Source: Deinococcus sp. (lineage in GTDB: Bacteria > Deinococcota > Deinococci > Deinococcales > Deinococcaceae). From it: a stretch of DNA of 64,000 bases. Both the position numbers and the translations under genes were made by a program. The notes beneath the pieces were generated by a model. It was not told the origin of the DNA. It worked only from the letters and a program-made list of their open reading frames with translations, and ran no database searches. The stretch lies in contig OZ253375.1 in the NCBI GenBank assembly GCA_965261005.1, forward strand, positions 2,048,001 through 2,112,000. The letters are read 5' to 3'. Shown piece after piece: positions 28,929 through 38,754 of this stretch. Position 1 is the stretch's first letter; every line of letters begins with the position of its first letter.

Positions 28929-29630
28929 ATGTCCGAACAGGGTCAGCCCGCTTGGCGGCCGTGGCTGGCCGAAACGCTGGGCACCGCGCTGCTGACGGTA
29001 GGTGGCCTGAGCGGGGTCGCGTTGGCGAACGCGGGGGTGCTGCCCAAGCTGGCGGCCTACAGCGTGGCGCCGGGCCTGACGATCCTGGCGCTGGTGTACA
29101 TGCTCAGCGACTTGTCCGGCGCGCACCTCAACCCGGCCGTCACGCTCGCCTTTGCGCTGCGCGGCAGTTTTCCCTGGGCGCGGGCGCCGGCCTACTGGAC
29201 CGCGCAAGTGTTGGGCGCCCTGATGGGCGGCGGCGCGCTCTCGGCCCTGATCGAGGTGCCGAGGCCCGGCGGGCAGCTGCCGCCCGGGGGTGTCTTCTGG
29301 CTGGAGGTGGCCTGCACCGCCTTGCTGACGCTGGTCATCCTGGCCGCCGCCAAGCGCAAGGCCGAGGTGGGCACCCAGGCCGGCATCGTCGTCGCGGGCA
29401 CCTTGGCGTTGTGCGCCTTTGTGGGCGGCAGCGTCGCGGCGGTCACGCTCAACACCGCCCTCGCCCTCGCTTGGGGAACCTTCGGCGGCGCGGGACTCGG
29501 GGCCTGGCCGAACCTGCTGGGGCCGCTGCTGGGCAGCACGCTGGCGGCCGGCCTGACTTGGGCGCTGCGGGGCGGCCTTGACGGGCAGGAAATGTCGGCC
29601 GCCCAGGGGGAGCGGGCGGAGGAGGGGTGA
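28929..29630 (+). CDS. MIP/aquaporin family channel
   Basis: AETLGT and SGAHLNPAVT motifs. The second box reads LNTA. Confidence 0.88.
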   Translation: MSEQGQPAWRPWLAETLGTALLTVGGLSGVALANAGVLPKLAAYSVAPGLTILALVYMLSDLSGAHLNPAVTLAFALRGSFPWARAPAYWTAQVLGALMGGGALSALIEVPRPGGQLPPGGVFWLEVACTALLTLVILAAAKRKAEVGTQAGIVVAGTLALCAFVGGSVAAVTLNTALALAWGTFGGAGLGAWPNLLGPLLGSTLAAGLTWALRGGLDGQEMSAAQGERAEEG

Positions 29631-29764
29631 TACGAATTCCGAAAAGTTCCGTACATTTCGGAACTTTTCCGAGCGGACGCGAGTAGGAAAAACATATGGG
29701 TTCCGCGATATGAAGTACACGGAGCACTTTTTGCGAAGTGTACGGAATAAAGCGGAACCCATAT
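29630..29764. repeat. SNR/SRE-like repeat
   Basis: ATACGAATTCCG...CGGAACCCATAT ends, nested hairpins and TCCGAGCGGACGCGAGTAG module. Confidence 0.75.
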
Positions 29765-29796
29765 GAAGGGCGCTGTTTGGGGAGGAGAGTCGTGTC

Positions 29797-29991
29797 TTAC
29801 GGCTCGCCGCGATCTGGGAGACGTTCGGCAGGATGCTGCGGGTCTTCCCAGTCTTCCGGCTCGATGCCGTCCTCCACCGTCACGTCCCAAACCTCTGCCT
29901 CACCGGACATCTCCCATTCCTGAAGCGCTTGTTCGTACTGCTGCTGAAGCGTCAGTTTCTCCACAGGCTCCCGCTTGGCGTCTCCGCTCAC
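29797..29991 (-). CDS. Small acidic protein resembling the C-terminal half of MazE9-like antitoxins
   Basis: [32 protein letters not shown] overlaps the thiolase stop. Confidence 0.55.
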   Translation of the reverse strand: MSGDAKREPVEKLTLQQQYEQALQEWEMSGEAEVWDVTVEDGIEPEDWEDPQHPAERLPDRGEP

Positions 29992-31169
29992 GACAGCCGC
30001 CTCACCGCCATCGCCAGCCCGTTCCCGCCGCCCATGCACAGGGTCGCCACGCCGACCTCCTGATTGCGTTGCTTGAGGGCGTGCAGCAGCGTCACCAGAA
30101 TGCGCGCCCCGCTCGCGCCGATGGGGTGCCCCAGCGCCACCGCGCCGCCGTTGACGTTCACCTTGTCCGGGTCGAGGCCAAGTTCGCGCGACACTGCCAG
30201 ACTCTGCACGCTGAAAGCCTCGTTGAGTTCCCAGAGGTCCACGTCGTCCACCCCCCAGCCGAGGTTTGCGAGCAGCTTCCTCGTGGCCGGCACCGGCGTC
30301 ATCATCACCCACGCTGGGTCGAGGCCGCCCGCCGCGTAGCCGACGATCTCGGCCAGCGGCGTCAAACCGAGGCCCCGCGCCTTTTCCGCTTCCATCACCA
30401 GAACGCTGGCGGCGCCGTCGTTGAGGCCGGGGGCGTTGCCGGCGGTGACGCTGCCGCCCTCCTTGAAGGCGGGTTTCAACCTGCCCAGCGCCTCCAGCGA
30501 GGAGTCGCGGCGCGGCCCCTCGTCCTGCGATACCGTGACCGCGCCCTTCTTAAAGGGGACCTCGACGGGCACGATCTCGTCGTCAAAGAAGCCGGCGTCC
30601 ATCGCGCTCAAGGCCCTTTGGTGGCTTCTCAGGGCGTAGGCGTCCTGCTCCGCGCGCCCGATGGCGTACTTGTCCGCCACCCGCTCGCCGGTCAGGCCCA
30701 TGCCCTCGCCCGTGATCGAGCACCACAGCCCGTCCTGGGTGTTGGCGTCTACGATCTCACCGTTGCCGAGCCGGTAGCCCTCCCTCGCCCGCGTCAGCAG
30801 GTAGGGGGCGTTCGACATGCTCTCCATGCCGCCGGCCAGCACCGCCTGCTGGTCGCCGGCGCGGACGCTTTGCGCCGCCAAGATCACCGCCTTGAGGCCC
30901 GAGCCGCAGACCTTGTTCACCGTCAGCGCCCCCGCCGAGGGCGGCACCCCTGCCCCGATGGCCGCCTGCCGGGCCGGGTTCTGGCCGCTGCCGGCCTGCA
31001 CGACCTGGCCCATGATGACCTCCTCGATCAGGTCGGGGGAAAGATGGGAGCGCTCTAGGGTGGCGCGCAGGGTGAGGCGGCCGAGGTCTATGGCCGGCAC
31101 GGGCGAGAGTTCGCCTAGGAACTTGCCCACCGGCGTGCGGGAGGCGGAGACGATCACGGCGGTTGTCAT
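29988..31169 (-). CDS. atoB: Acetyl-CoA C-acetyltransferase (thiolase)
   Basis: [19 protein letters not shown] and CMGGG motifs. Confidence 0.95.
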   Translation of the reverse strand: MTTAVIVSASRTPVGKFLGELSPVPAIDLGRLTLRATLERSHLSPDLIEEVIMGQVVQAGSGQNPARQAAIGAGVPPSAGALTVNKVCGSGLKAVILAAQSVRAGDQQAVLAGGMESMSNAPYLLTRAREGYRLGNGEIVDANTQDGLWCSITGEGMGLTGERVADKYAIGRAEQDAYALRSHQRALSAMDAGFFDDEIVPVEVPFKKGAVTVSQDEGPRRDSSLEALGRLKPAFKEGGSVTAGNAPGLNDGAASVLVMEAEKARGLGLTPLAEIVGYAAGGLDPAWVMMTPVPATRKLLANLGWGVDDVDLWELNEAFSVQSLAVSRELGLDPDKVNVNGGAVALGHPIGASGARILVTLLHALKQRNQEVGVATLCMGGGNGLAMAVRRLS

Positions 31170-31218
31170 GCAGGGAGTCTAACAAGCGTTAGAGGGTGCC
31201 AAGGAACTTCCCCAACTT

Positions 31219-31393
31219 GGGTGTATCCCTGAAGAGTGGGAAGATGAGTAGGGCAACCGCAAATTCAGCGCTTGATCTTTTCTCCCTCCCCCTCAAGGGG
31301 AAGGAGCTACGCAGGCAATTTCGCCTTCGTTTCGGAACTTTGCGGTTGCCCTGCTCATCAAGCCGTTCCTTTCCACAAACTTGAGATGCACCC
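31219..31393. repeat. MITE-like fold-back element
   Basis: Outer GGGTGTATC/GATGCACCC ends. Inner 21-bp arms 31243-31263 and 31339-31359 (1 mismatch). Confidence 0.65.
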
Positions 31394-31644
31394 CATTCGG
31401 TGATTGTTGAAAGCCGGACAAAACTCAGCGAAGCTCAAAAATGCTGTCTGGAAGGGTATTCAGAGCTTACATCCATTGGCAAGTCCGATGTATAGCTGAC
31501 TAAATACGGACGCCTTTATTCACAGCTCCTGGGGCTGATGTTGCTTGTTTTGCACAAAAAGGTCAGGCAACCCCGGTTCTGCCTCGCAAGGCGTCGTGCT
31601 GTTGGATAACATCCTGACTTTCGTCCGGCTTTCAATGAATGCAG

Positions 31645-31707
31645 TTGACTTCCCGTGCATACCGCGCTATCTTAAACTTATCAGCGGCCGAAACGGGCCG
31701 CTTTTTT
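31645..31707 (+). promoter_or_regulatory. Promoter immediately followed by terminator-like hairpin
   Basis: TTGACT-N17-TATCTT, then AGCGGCC-GAAACG-GGCCGCT-TTTTT. Confidence 0.6.
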
Positions 31708-32006
31708 GATGCCAATTTTTGATGCCAGCTCGAGGTGTTGCTGGCCGTTTCCACGCTGGCGGCGCCTTTTGATCTAGGCTGTGAGAGCACGGCCTCAGCC
31801 CGGCGTGGGTTCTGGGCGAAGGGAGCGGTCCCGGACCAGCAGGCCAGCACGCCGCGAAGCTTGGGGCGCGGCGCGCGACGGGGCGGGACAGGAACTGATA
31901 GAGCCGGTCCCCGCCTACTCCACACAACACCTGAACCGGGCGCCACCAGGACGTCTACACTGAGGCTCTATTGGAGTCCTGACGCCGCCTCTTGAAAGGA
32001 GCTTTC

Positions 32007-33704
32007 ATGATGGACCGCTACACCGTCGGCGTGGACTTCGGCACGCTGTCCGGGCGCGCCGTGCTGGTGCGCGTTTCGGACGGGGCCGAACTCGCCACCC
32101 GCGTTCACTCCTATTCACATGGCGTGATTTCTCGGGCGCTGCCGACCACCGGGCAGCACTTGCCCCCGGAGTGGGCCTTGCAGGATCCGCAGGACTATCT
32201 GGACGTGCTGGCGACGGCCGTGCCCGCCGTCCTTGAGGAGGCGAACGTGGCGCCCGAGCAGGTGATCGGCGTCGGCATCGACTTCACCTCCTGCACGGTG
32301 CTGCCCACCCTCGCGGACGGGACGCCGCTGAGCTTTGTGCCCGAGTTCGCGGCGCGCCCGCACGCCTACGTGAAGCTGTGGAAACACCACGCCGCCCAGC
32401 CGCAGGCCGACCGGGTGAACGCCGTGGCAGCGGCGCGCGGCGAGGGATGGTTGGCGCGCTATGGCGGCAAGGTGTCCAGCGAGTGGACCACCGCCAAGGG
32501 GTTGCAAATTCTGGAGGAGGACCCAGGCGTCTACGCGGCCAGCGCCCGCTTGATCGAGGCGGCCGACTGGGTCGTGTGGCAGCTGTGCGGCGCGGAAACC
32601 CGCAACGTCAGCGCCGCCGGCCACAAGGCGCTGTGGCAAGACGGCCAGTATCCGAGCCGCGACTTCTTCGCGGCCCTGAACCCGGCCTTTGCGGACTTTG
32701 CAAGCAAGCTCGACGGCCCCCTCAAGCAGCTTGGGGACCTCGCCGGCCACCTGACGGGGGACGCCGCGCGGCTTACCGGGCTGCGCCCCGGCACGCCGGT
32801 AGCGGTCGGCAACGTGGACGCGCACGTCAGCGCGCCCGCCGTGGGCGCCACCTCGGTGGGGCAGATGGTCGCGGTGATGGGCACCAGCACCTGTCACATC
32901 CTGACCGACGACGCCCAGCGCGAGGTGCCCGGCATGTGCGGCGTGGTGGCGGGCGGCGTGGTGCCCGGTGCCTACGGCTACGAGGCGGGCCAAAGCGGCG
33001 TCGGCGACATCTTCGCGTGGTTTGTTCAGAACTTCGCGCCGCCCGAGGTGCATGCTGGGGCGCGCGAGGCGGGCCTCGACTTGCACGCTTACCTGACCCG
33101 GCTCGCCGCCCGGCAGGAGATCGGCGAGCACGGGTTGATCGCCCTCGATTGGGAAGGCGGCAACCGCTCCATTTTGGTGGACGCCGACCTCAGCGGCCTG
33201 ATCGTGGGCCTAACGCTGGCCAGCAAGCCCGAGGACGTCTACCGCGCCCTCTTGGAGGCGACTGCCTTCGGGGCGCGCCTGATCGTAGAGACGTTTCGGG
33301 CGTCGGGCGTGGCCGTGCACGAGTTCATCGCGGCGGGCGGCCTGATCAAGAACGCCTTTTTGATGCAGCTCTACGCCGACGTGCTGGGCTTGCCGGTCGG
33401 CGTCGCCGGCACCGAGCAGACCTCGGCCCTCGGGAGCGCCATGCACGCCGCCGTGGCGGCCGGCGCCTACCCCGACATTCGCGCGGCGGCCAGCGCGATG
33501 GGCCGGGTGAGGCGCGGCGCCTACCAGCCCGACCCGGCGCGCCACGCCGCCTACGACGCGCTGTACGGCGAGTACCTCAGCCTGCACGACGCGTTCGGCC
33601 GGACGCGCGCCACCATGCAGACGCTCAAGCGGCTGCGCGAGGCGGCCCACGCGCGCCGGCTGGAGCGCGAGGGTGGGCGCCCGGCGGTGTCCAGTTCCGG
33701 TTAA
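32007..33704 (+). CDS. araB: Ribulokinase
   Basis: GVDFGTLSGRA, YVKLWKHHAAQ, YGGKVSSEW and EAGQSGVGD motifs. AAGGAG RBS. Confidence 0.93.
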   Translation: MMDRYTVGVDFGTLSGRAVLVRVSDGAELATRVHSYSHGVISRALPTTGQHLPPEWALQDPQDYLDVLATAVPAVLEEANVAPEQVIGVGIDFTSCTVLPTLADGTPLSFVPEFAARPHAYVKLWKHHAAQPQADRVNAVAAARGEGWLARYGGKVSSEWTTAKGLQILEEDPGVYAASARLIEAADWVVWQLCGAETRNVSAAGHKALWQDGQYPSRDFFAALNPAFADFASKLDGPLKQLGDLAGHLTGDAARLTGLRPGTPVAVGNVDAHVSAPAVGATSVGQMVAVMGTSTCHILTDDAQREVPGMCGVVAGGVVPGAYGYEAGQSGVGDIFAWFVQNFAPPEVHAGAREAGLDLHAYLTRLAARQEIGEHGLIALDWEGGNRSILVDADLSGLIVGLTLASKPEDVYRALLEATAFGARLIVETFRASGVAVHEFIAAGGLIKNAFLMQLYADVLGLPVGVAGTEQTSALGSAMHAAVAAGAYPDIRAAASAMGRVRRGAYQPDPARHAAYDALYGEYLSLHDAFGRTRATMQTLKRLREAAHARRLEREGGRPAVSSSG

Positions 33705-33860
33705 TACGGATTCCGCTTCCTTCCTCAACACCCTGAACAGCGCCAAGGCTCGGCAAGACGGCCGCCACAATGTTGTCCCAGAGCGCGAAACCCGTCTCTT
33801 TTTCATCTGCTCCGCTGGAAACTCGGTCAACTTCGTTGACAGGCTTTCCGGAACTCGTAT
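33704..33860. repeat. SNR/SRE-like repeat
   Basis: ATACGGATTCCG...CGGAACTCGTAT ends. A similar 5' end occurs at 40613-40640. Confidence 0.75.
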
Positions 33861-33862
33861 GG

Positions 33863-34288
33863 TCAGGCCGGCGTGTACAGTAGCAGGTTGCCCACGCACT
33901 TGGCGCTCAGCTCGCCGCCCTCGCGCAACATCTCGCAGGTGGCGCGCGCCGTCTCCAAGTTGAGCCGCAGCGCCTGCGCCACGCCGTGGGCGGTGTCGCG
34001 GCGCCCCATCAGGTAGTCGAGAATGGCCGCCGCCTTGTCTTGGCGCACGGCCTCCCGGTCATAATCAAAGGTGATCAGCGCGTAGCCGCCGCTGTGGGCG
34101 CACACCTGGCCCGCCTCCATCAAGTCGGTGAGGACTTCGTTCAGCTTGGTCGCGTTCAGCCGCAAGGCGCCGATCAGCGCGCTGTTGCCCGCGTGGCCGT
34201 GCTCCGCGAGGTGGGCGAGCACGCGCTCGTGCGCGCTGCGGTCGCGTGGTGGTGGGATGAATTTTGGCTTGGCGGCGGTCGCGGTCAT
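33863..34288 (-). CDS. Hypothetical protein with two winged-helix-like segments
   Basis: GAAAGGA RBS. Two similar units ending L.EAGQV and LREGGEL. Confidence 0.6.
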   Translation of the reverse strand: MTATAAKPKFIPPPRDRSAHERVLAHLAEHGHAGNSALIGALRLNATKLNEVLTDLMEAGQVCAHSGGYALITFDYDREAVRQDKAAAILDYLMGRRDTAHGVAQALRLNLETARATCEMLREGGELSAKCVGNLLLYTPA

Positions 34289-34471
34289 GAACAGTCCTTT
34301 CGGGCGATGGGGCGAGTGGTGAAAACCTTATGAGCACACCTTAAAGGTGGCACTCTGACAAAAGGCTTACTGCCCGCTTCGCCCGCAACAGGACCTGTTC
34401 GGACATCCTCTCCGCTTGGCAGCAAGAAAAGGGGCGCGGCTCGTGGCCACGCCCCCTTGAAACCGGTGAAT

Positions 34472-35089
34472 TTACTGGCGCCGGAGTGGCGTGCAGGCGA
34501 CGCCGGGATCGGCGGTCGCCCCGTCCGGGCCGGTGGCGGTGTGAATGTTGAAGTAGGTGGCGTTCGCGATGTTCGCCGTGGGCACCGTGCCGCTCATGGT
34601 CAAGGCGCCCTGGGTGTCCGTCTGCCCGACGATCTTGGACGACAGAATCGGGTCGCCGCCCGACGCGCACGGATCGGTGCCCGCCGTGCCTTGAAGGTGG
34701 TAGTGCGCCACGTAAAAGGTGCCGGGCATCAGGTTGGTCAAGCTGACGTCGGACTTGGTGTTGCCGTCCGGCGTTTGGGACACCCTGACCGTGCCGACCG
34801 GCGTCACGTTGGCGGGCGCCGTCGGCTGTTGGGTAACTTGGTAGTTGCCCGAGGGATCGCCGGTGGTGGCTGCCGGGGCAGCTGTGGCTGTGGTCGTCGT
34901 GGTGGCGGGCGCTGTCGTCGTCGTGGTCGCCGCCGCCGTGGTGTCGGTGCTATCAGGCGGCGCCGTATCCGGCGTCGTCGGCGTGGTGTTGGCGACAATG
35001 CTGTCCGAGGTCGTGTCGGCGGTGTTGGCGGGCGCGCAGGCGCCCAGGGCGAGCATGCCCACAATTCCCATTCCCAGCAACTTTTTCAT
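34472..35089 (-). CDS. Lipoprotein with Thr-rich linker and Cu/Zn-SOD-like domain
   Basis: Lipobox LGAC; YVAHYH, PCASGG, YFNIH and GVAC motifs. Terminator hairpin at 34427-34460. Confidence 0.7.
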   Translation of the reverse strand: MKKLLGMGIVGMLALGACAPANTADTTSDSIVANTTPTTPDTAPPDSTDTTAAATTTTTAPATTTTTATAAPAATTGDPSGNYQVTQQPTAPANVTPVGTVRVSQTPDGNTKSDVSLTNLMPGTFYVAHYHLQGTAGTDPCASGGDPILSSKIVGQTDTQGALTMSGTVPTANIANATYFNIHTATGPDGATADPGVACTPLRRQ

Positions 35090-35423
35090 GGTAGTTCTCC
35101 TTCAGACGAACCGTAAGCGCTGAGCCGATAAGACGAACGTAAGCAATCCGGCAAATAGAAAGTCATGTGAAGAGAGGAGGGCGCGAGGCTTAATCCTTGC
35201 TCAGATGAGCTGAACACGCTGCTTAAGCAACGCTTGAGGTGGGCGTCCATGAACGCTCGCTGACCGCCCGCTTTAAGCCCTTGTCATCTGGCCCTCTAAG
35301 TTGGGGTGTTCGATGGTTGGGCAAGCCCGAAAGACCGAGAGGTGGACCGTTCACACGGGGTGAATTAGCGTCCGCCGGGCTGTGAAAGACGTTCACAGGC
35401 GCCGAGCGCCCCAGGAGGACGTG

Positions 35424-36404
35424 ATGAACGACCGGAACTATGACCGCGCTTATGACCGCAACGACGACCGTGATGACCGCAACCGGACATCAGATCGCCG
35501 CGACATGAACCGCGACGACCGCTCGTATGACGCTTACCGGGCGCAGAACCGCAACCCGAACGCCGGGAGCGGCATGTCCCTGCGCGACGAGTACCAGGAC
35601 CGCTTCGACCGCCCTTATGGCGAGGGCAACGGCTACGGCGTGTACGGCGACCGCGACCAGGGCTACGGCCTGGGCAGCGACCGCAGCACCTACTCTGACC
35701 GCGACATGGGCAACCTGGAGCGTGACCGTTATGGGCGTGGCGACGCCGTGCGGGGCGACCAGTACCAGACGCGCTACCAATCGCGGCAATCCCAGGCCGG
35801 GTACGGCCGGGACCGCTCCGAGGACCGCGAGATCGTGCGTCCCACCGAGGACAGCCAGACTCGGCAACGCGGTTACGGCACCTACGCCGGCGGCGGCGAC
35901 GAGCGCTGGGACCGCCAAGGCCAATCTTACGGGGACCAGTCTTATGGGGACCAGGCAAACCAAGGTCAGGCTTATCAAGGACAGCACTACGGGCGCGGCC
36001 CCAAGAACTACCAGCGCAGCGACGACCGTATTCGCGAGGACGTGAACGAGCAGCTGACCTACCACCACGATCTCGACGCGACCGACATCGAGGTCAAGGC
36101 TGAAAACGGTGAGGTGACCTTGACCGGCACGGTGTCCGACCGCCGCCAAAAGCGCATGGCCGAGGACGCCGCCGAGGGCGTGCGCGGGGTCAAGGATGTG
36201 CACAACCAGCTGCGGGTGCGGCGTGACCAGGATGAGTCCAGCATTCCAGGTGCGAGCGACCAGCCGAGCGGCGGCCAGCAGGGCAGCGACCTGAGCGCCA
36301 CGCAGATGTCCGGCGGTGATACCACCGGCCTGACCACCGCTGGCACCACGATCAGCAGCACGCCGGCCTCTGGCCGCAGGAACACCAGCAACAAGCAGTC
36401 GTAG
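35424..36404 (+). CDS. BON-domain protein with D/R/Y/G-rich low-complexity N-terminus
   Basis: GRGPKNYQRSDDRIREDV...GEVTLTGTV...GVKDVHNQL. AGGAGG RBS. Confidence 0.88.
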   Translation: MNDRNYDRAYDRNDDRDDRNRTSDRRDMNRDDRSYDAYRAQNRNPNAGSGMSLRDEYQDRFDRPYGEGNGYGVYGDRDQGYGLGSDRSTYSDRDMGNLERDRYGRGDAVRGDQYQTRYQSRQSQAGYGRDRSEDREIVRPTEDSQTRQRGYGTYAGGGDERWDRQGQSYGDQSYGDQANQGQAYQGQHYGRGPKNYQRSDDRIREDVNEQLTYHHDLDATDIEVKAENGEVTLTGTVSDRRQKRMAEDAAEGVRGVKDVHNQLRVRRDQDESSIPGASDQPSGGQQGSDLSATQMSGGDTTGLTTAGTTISSTPASGRRNTSNKQS

Positions 36405-36424
36405 GCTACATGGTTAAGGCGGCA

Positions 36425-36453
36425 AAGAGCCGGACCCTTGGGTCCGGCTCTTT
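36425..36453. terminator. Bidirectional terminator
   Basis: AAAGAGCCGGACCC-TT-GGGTCCGGCTCTTT between convergent genes. Confidence 0.75.
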
Positions 36454-36457
36454 GTGG

Positions 36458-37462
36458 TCAGTTTCCCAGCATGTACAGCAGCGCTTCCGGCAGGGCCGCC
36501 CGCCAAGTGACCCAGTTGTGGCCGCTTTGGTACTCGCGGTACTGATGCTGAACGCCCGCGTCCGCCAGCAGCGCCGCCATGCGCCGGTTGGGAGCGAGCA
36601 GCCACTCCAGCGTGCCGCTGTCGAGGGACACGCGCAGATGAGCGGGTGGGCGGTTCCTCAGCTGTTCCAGCAACCACTCGCCCGCCCCGGTGGTGTCGAA
36701 GCTGGAACTCGCCGGGTCGGCGATCCAGGCGCCCGAGTGCGCCACCACCATCGAAAACAGCTCGGGATGCTGGCTACCCAGGTAGAGGCTGATCAAACCG
36801 CCCAGCGAGGCGCCCCACAGGCCGCGCCCCGCCGCCCCGCGCGACACGCTGAAGCGCGCCTCCACCTGCGGGGTCACCTCGCCCAGCAGAAAGTCGAGGT
36901 AGCGGTCGTTCAGGTAGTACTCGCGCGTGCGGTCGCCCGGCTCCACGAAGACCAGCACGGCGGGCCGCACCAGCCCGGCCGCGAGCGCCTTGTCCAGCAG
37001 CGCCCCCAGCTTGCCGGTGCGTAAAAAGGCCACCCCATCCTGAACGTACAAGGCGGGATAGCTGAGGGCCGGGTCGTAGCCAGGCGGGGTGTAGACGTAG
37101 GCGCGCCGCTTGCCGGGAAAGATCGCGCCGTCCCAGGCCAGCCGCCACTCCTCGCCGCTGACGGCCGGCTCCGGCGCGCTCCACAGCGGGTGGCGGGCGT
37201 AGGTGCCCACCTCCACCGCGCGCGGATACGGCCACCAGGGGTTCAGGCTCTTCCGGGGGTTATCGGGGTCGGCGAAGGGTTTCCCGTCCGCGTCCAGCCA
37301 GGCATACTCGGTCCACGAGTCGCGCGGCAATTCCAGGCGCAGCTCGCCGCCGGTCACGGGCAGCGGCCGTCCCTTGTCCCAATCGGTGAAGTCACCCACC
37401 AAGGAGACCGCCCCCACGGGCGGCGTGAAGATCGCGCTGCGATTCTCGACGGTCACGGCCAT
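36458..37462 (-). CDS. Enterochelin-esterase-like alpha/beta hydrolase
   Basis: VYTPPGY, GASLGG and GHNW motifs. N-terminal LVGDFTDW E-set domain. Confidence 0.88.
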   Translation of the reverse strand: MAVTVENRSAIFTPPVGAVSLVGDFTDWDKGRPLPVTGGELRLELPRDSWTEYAWLDADGKPFADPDNPRKSLNPWWPYPRAVEVGTYARHPLWSAPEPAVSGEEWRLAWDGAIFPGKRRAYVYTPPGYDPALSYPALYVQDGVAFLRTGKLGALLDKALAAGLVRPAVLVFVEPGDRTREYYLNDRYLDFLLGEVTPQVEARFSVSRGAAGRGLWGASLGGLISLYLGSQHPELFSMVVAHSGAWIADPASSSFDTTGAGEWLLEQLRNRPPAHLRVSLDSGTLEWLLAPNRRMAALLADAGVQHQYREYQSGHNWVTWRAALPEALLYMLGN

Positions 37463-37483
37463 GCGGGAAGTCTAGACCGTTCT

Positions 37484-38098
37484 CTAGCTGCCGAAGTGGC
37501 TGAAGGTGCCCTTCACGTCCCCCAGGCTGAAGGTGAGCGTGCAGCCGGCGAGACTGTCGCTGGGCGAGGTGATCTGGGCGCTGATCTTGGCGGTGTTGGT
37601 GCCGCCGCCCGTCGCGATGGCAAAGGCGGCGCGGGTCTGCCCCTCGTCCGCCTGAAGCGTGAAGCTGTTGGCGGCGACGCTATAGCTGCCGGTCGCGTTC
37701 TTGGTGAGCGTGAGTTGGGCGCTGCTTTTGTTGGCGATGGTGGTGCTGCGGCCGGGGTCGGAGAGGGTGATGGTCGGGTCGCTGACGGTTGCGCTGAAGC
37801 TGCTGGGCGCGCCCAGGCAGGTGGGGTTGACGCTGGCCGTCGCCAGGCTCAGCTTGACCAGCGCGCTGCGCGGCACGATGCCGTGGTTGTCCACGTGAAT
37901 GTCCTCGAAGGTCTGGCGGCCGTCCGAGTTGTAGGTCAGGGTGCCCGCGACGCTCTGCTGTTGCAGGCCCGACGACGACAAGCTGGCCCCCTGGAGGCCG
38001 GGATCGAAGTCCTGCGGCGGCACAAAGCTGCCGATAATGTTGCCGCAGCCGGCCAGCAGTGCGGCCAAGGCGGGAACGAGGGTCAAGCGTGCGTTCAT
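37484..38098 (-). CDS. Hypothetical lipoprotein
   Basis: GGAGG RBS; lipobox LAGC. Confidence 0.7.
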   Translation of the reverse strand: MNARLTLVPALAALLAGCGNIIGSFVPPQDFDPGLQGASLSSSGLQQQSVAGTLTYNSDGRQTFEDIHVDNHGIVPRSALVKLSLATASVNPTCLGAPSSFSATVSDPTITLSDPGRSTTIANKSSAQLTLTKNATGSYSVAANSFTLQADEGQTRAAFAIATGGGTNTAKISAQITSPSDSLAGCTLTFSLGDVKGTFSHFGS

Positions 38099-38220
38099 GG
38101 GTTCCTCCAAAGAGCGTGGGCAAATTGCGACGCCCTCACCTTAACCCTGGCCGTCTTACAGAGTCATGACTGGACCTCCCTAAAAGCCCTGTCCGGGCAA
38201 CCCAGCGGGGTGGCTCCTCA

Positions 38221-38700
38221 TCAGTCGGTTTGGCCCGGTTTCAGCGTGGCGCCCACCACGCCCGGATTGCCCTGCGTCCACAGCCCGGTGACCCGTCGCG
38301 TGGCGATTCGCCAACCCTCGGGCGTCCGGACCATCCGGTCGTCGTAGCGTCCGCCAATCAGGTAGTGCACTCCGCCCTCCGTGCCGACGCGCACGTGCTG
38401 GGCTTGAAAGTAACAGCTCGTCTGGGCCTCGTCACCCTGGACAGCACACTCGACGTTGCCGATCAGGTGCTGGGTGACGTCGAGCGGGGTCAAAAAGGCT
38501 TGGTATTGGCGTGCGATCTGCTCAAAGCCCTCGGTCTTGCCCGTGGCGAACAGCCCAATTGAGGTCGGGGTGTAGCAGGTAGAAAGCAGGGTCCAGTCGC
38601 GGGTGTCCATGGCCCGCGCCGTGCGAAAGATCAGCGCGCTGATCTCGGCGCGGTCCACCAGTTGGGTCATCGGCTCGGCCGTCTGCATTTCAGTCGTCAT
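38221..38700 (-). CDS. NTF2/SnoaL-like protein
   Basis: DRAEI..L...ARAMDTRDW, TQHLIGN and GGRYDD...EGWRI motifs. Confidence 0.88.
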   Translation of the reverse strand: MTTEMQTAEPMTQLVDRAEISALIFRTARAMDTRDWTLLSTCYTPTSIGLFATGKTEGFEQIARQYQAFLTPLDVTQHLIGNVECAVQGDEAQTSCYFQAQHVRVGTEGGVHYLIGGRYDDRMVRTPEGWRIATRRVTGLWTQGNPGVVGATLKPGQTD

Positions 38701-38754
38701 GCTGGTTGTCCTTTCTGCGACCTGGCGTCGTGGTTGCCGCGCACACATTACGCA

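Noticed and set aside
28671..29762. 363-aa minus ORF and similar long Arg/Ala/Pro-rich ORFs
   Set aside because: Antisense shadows of real genes in high-GC DNA, with ends lying in repeats.
34329..34345. Possible RDRM (DdrO) box TTATGAGCACACCTTAA
   Set aside because: Too many mismatches to the palindromic consensus.
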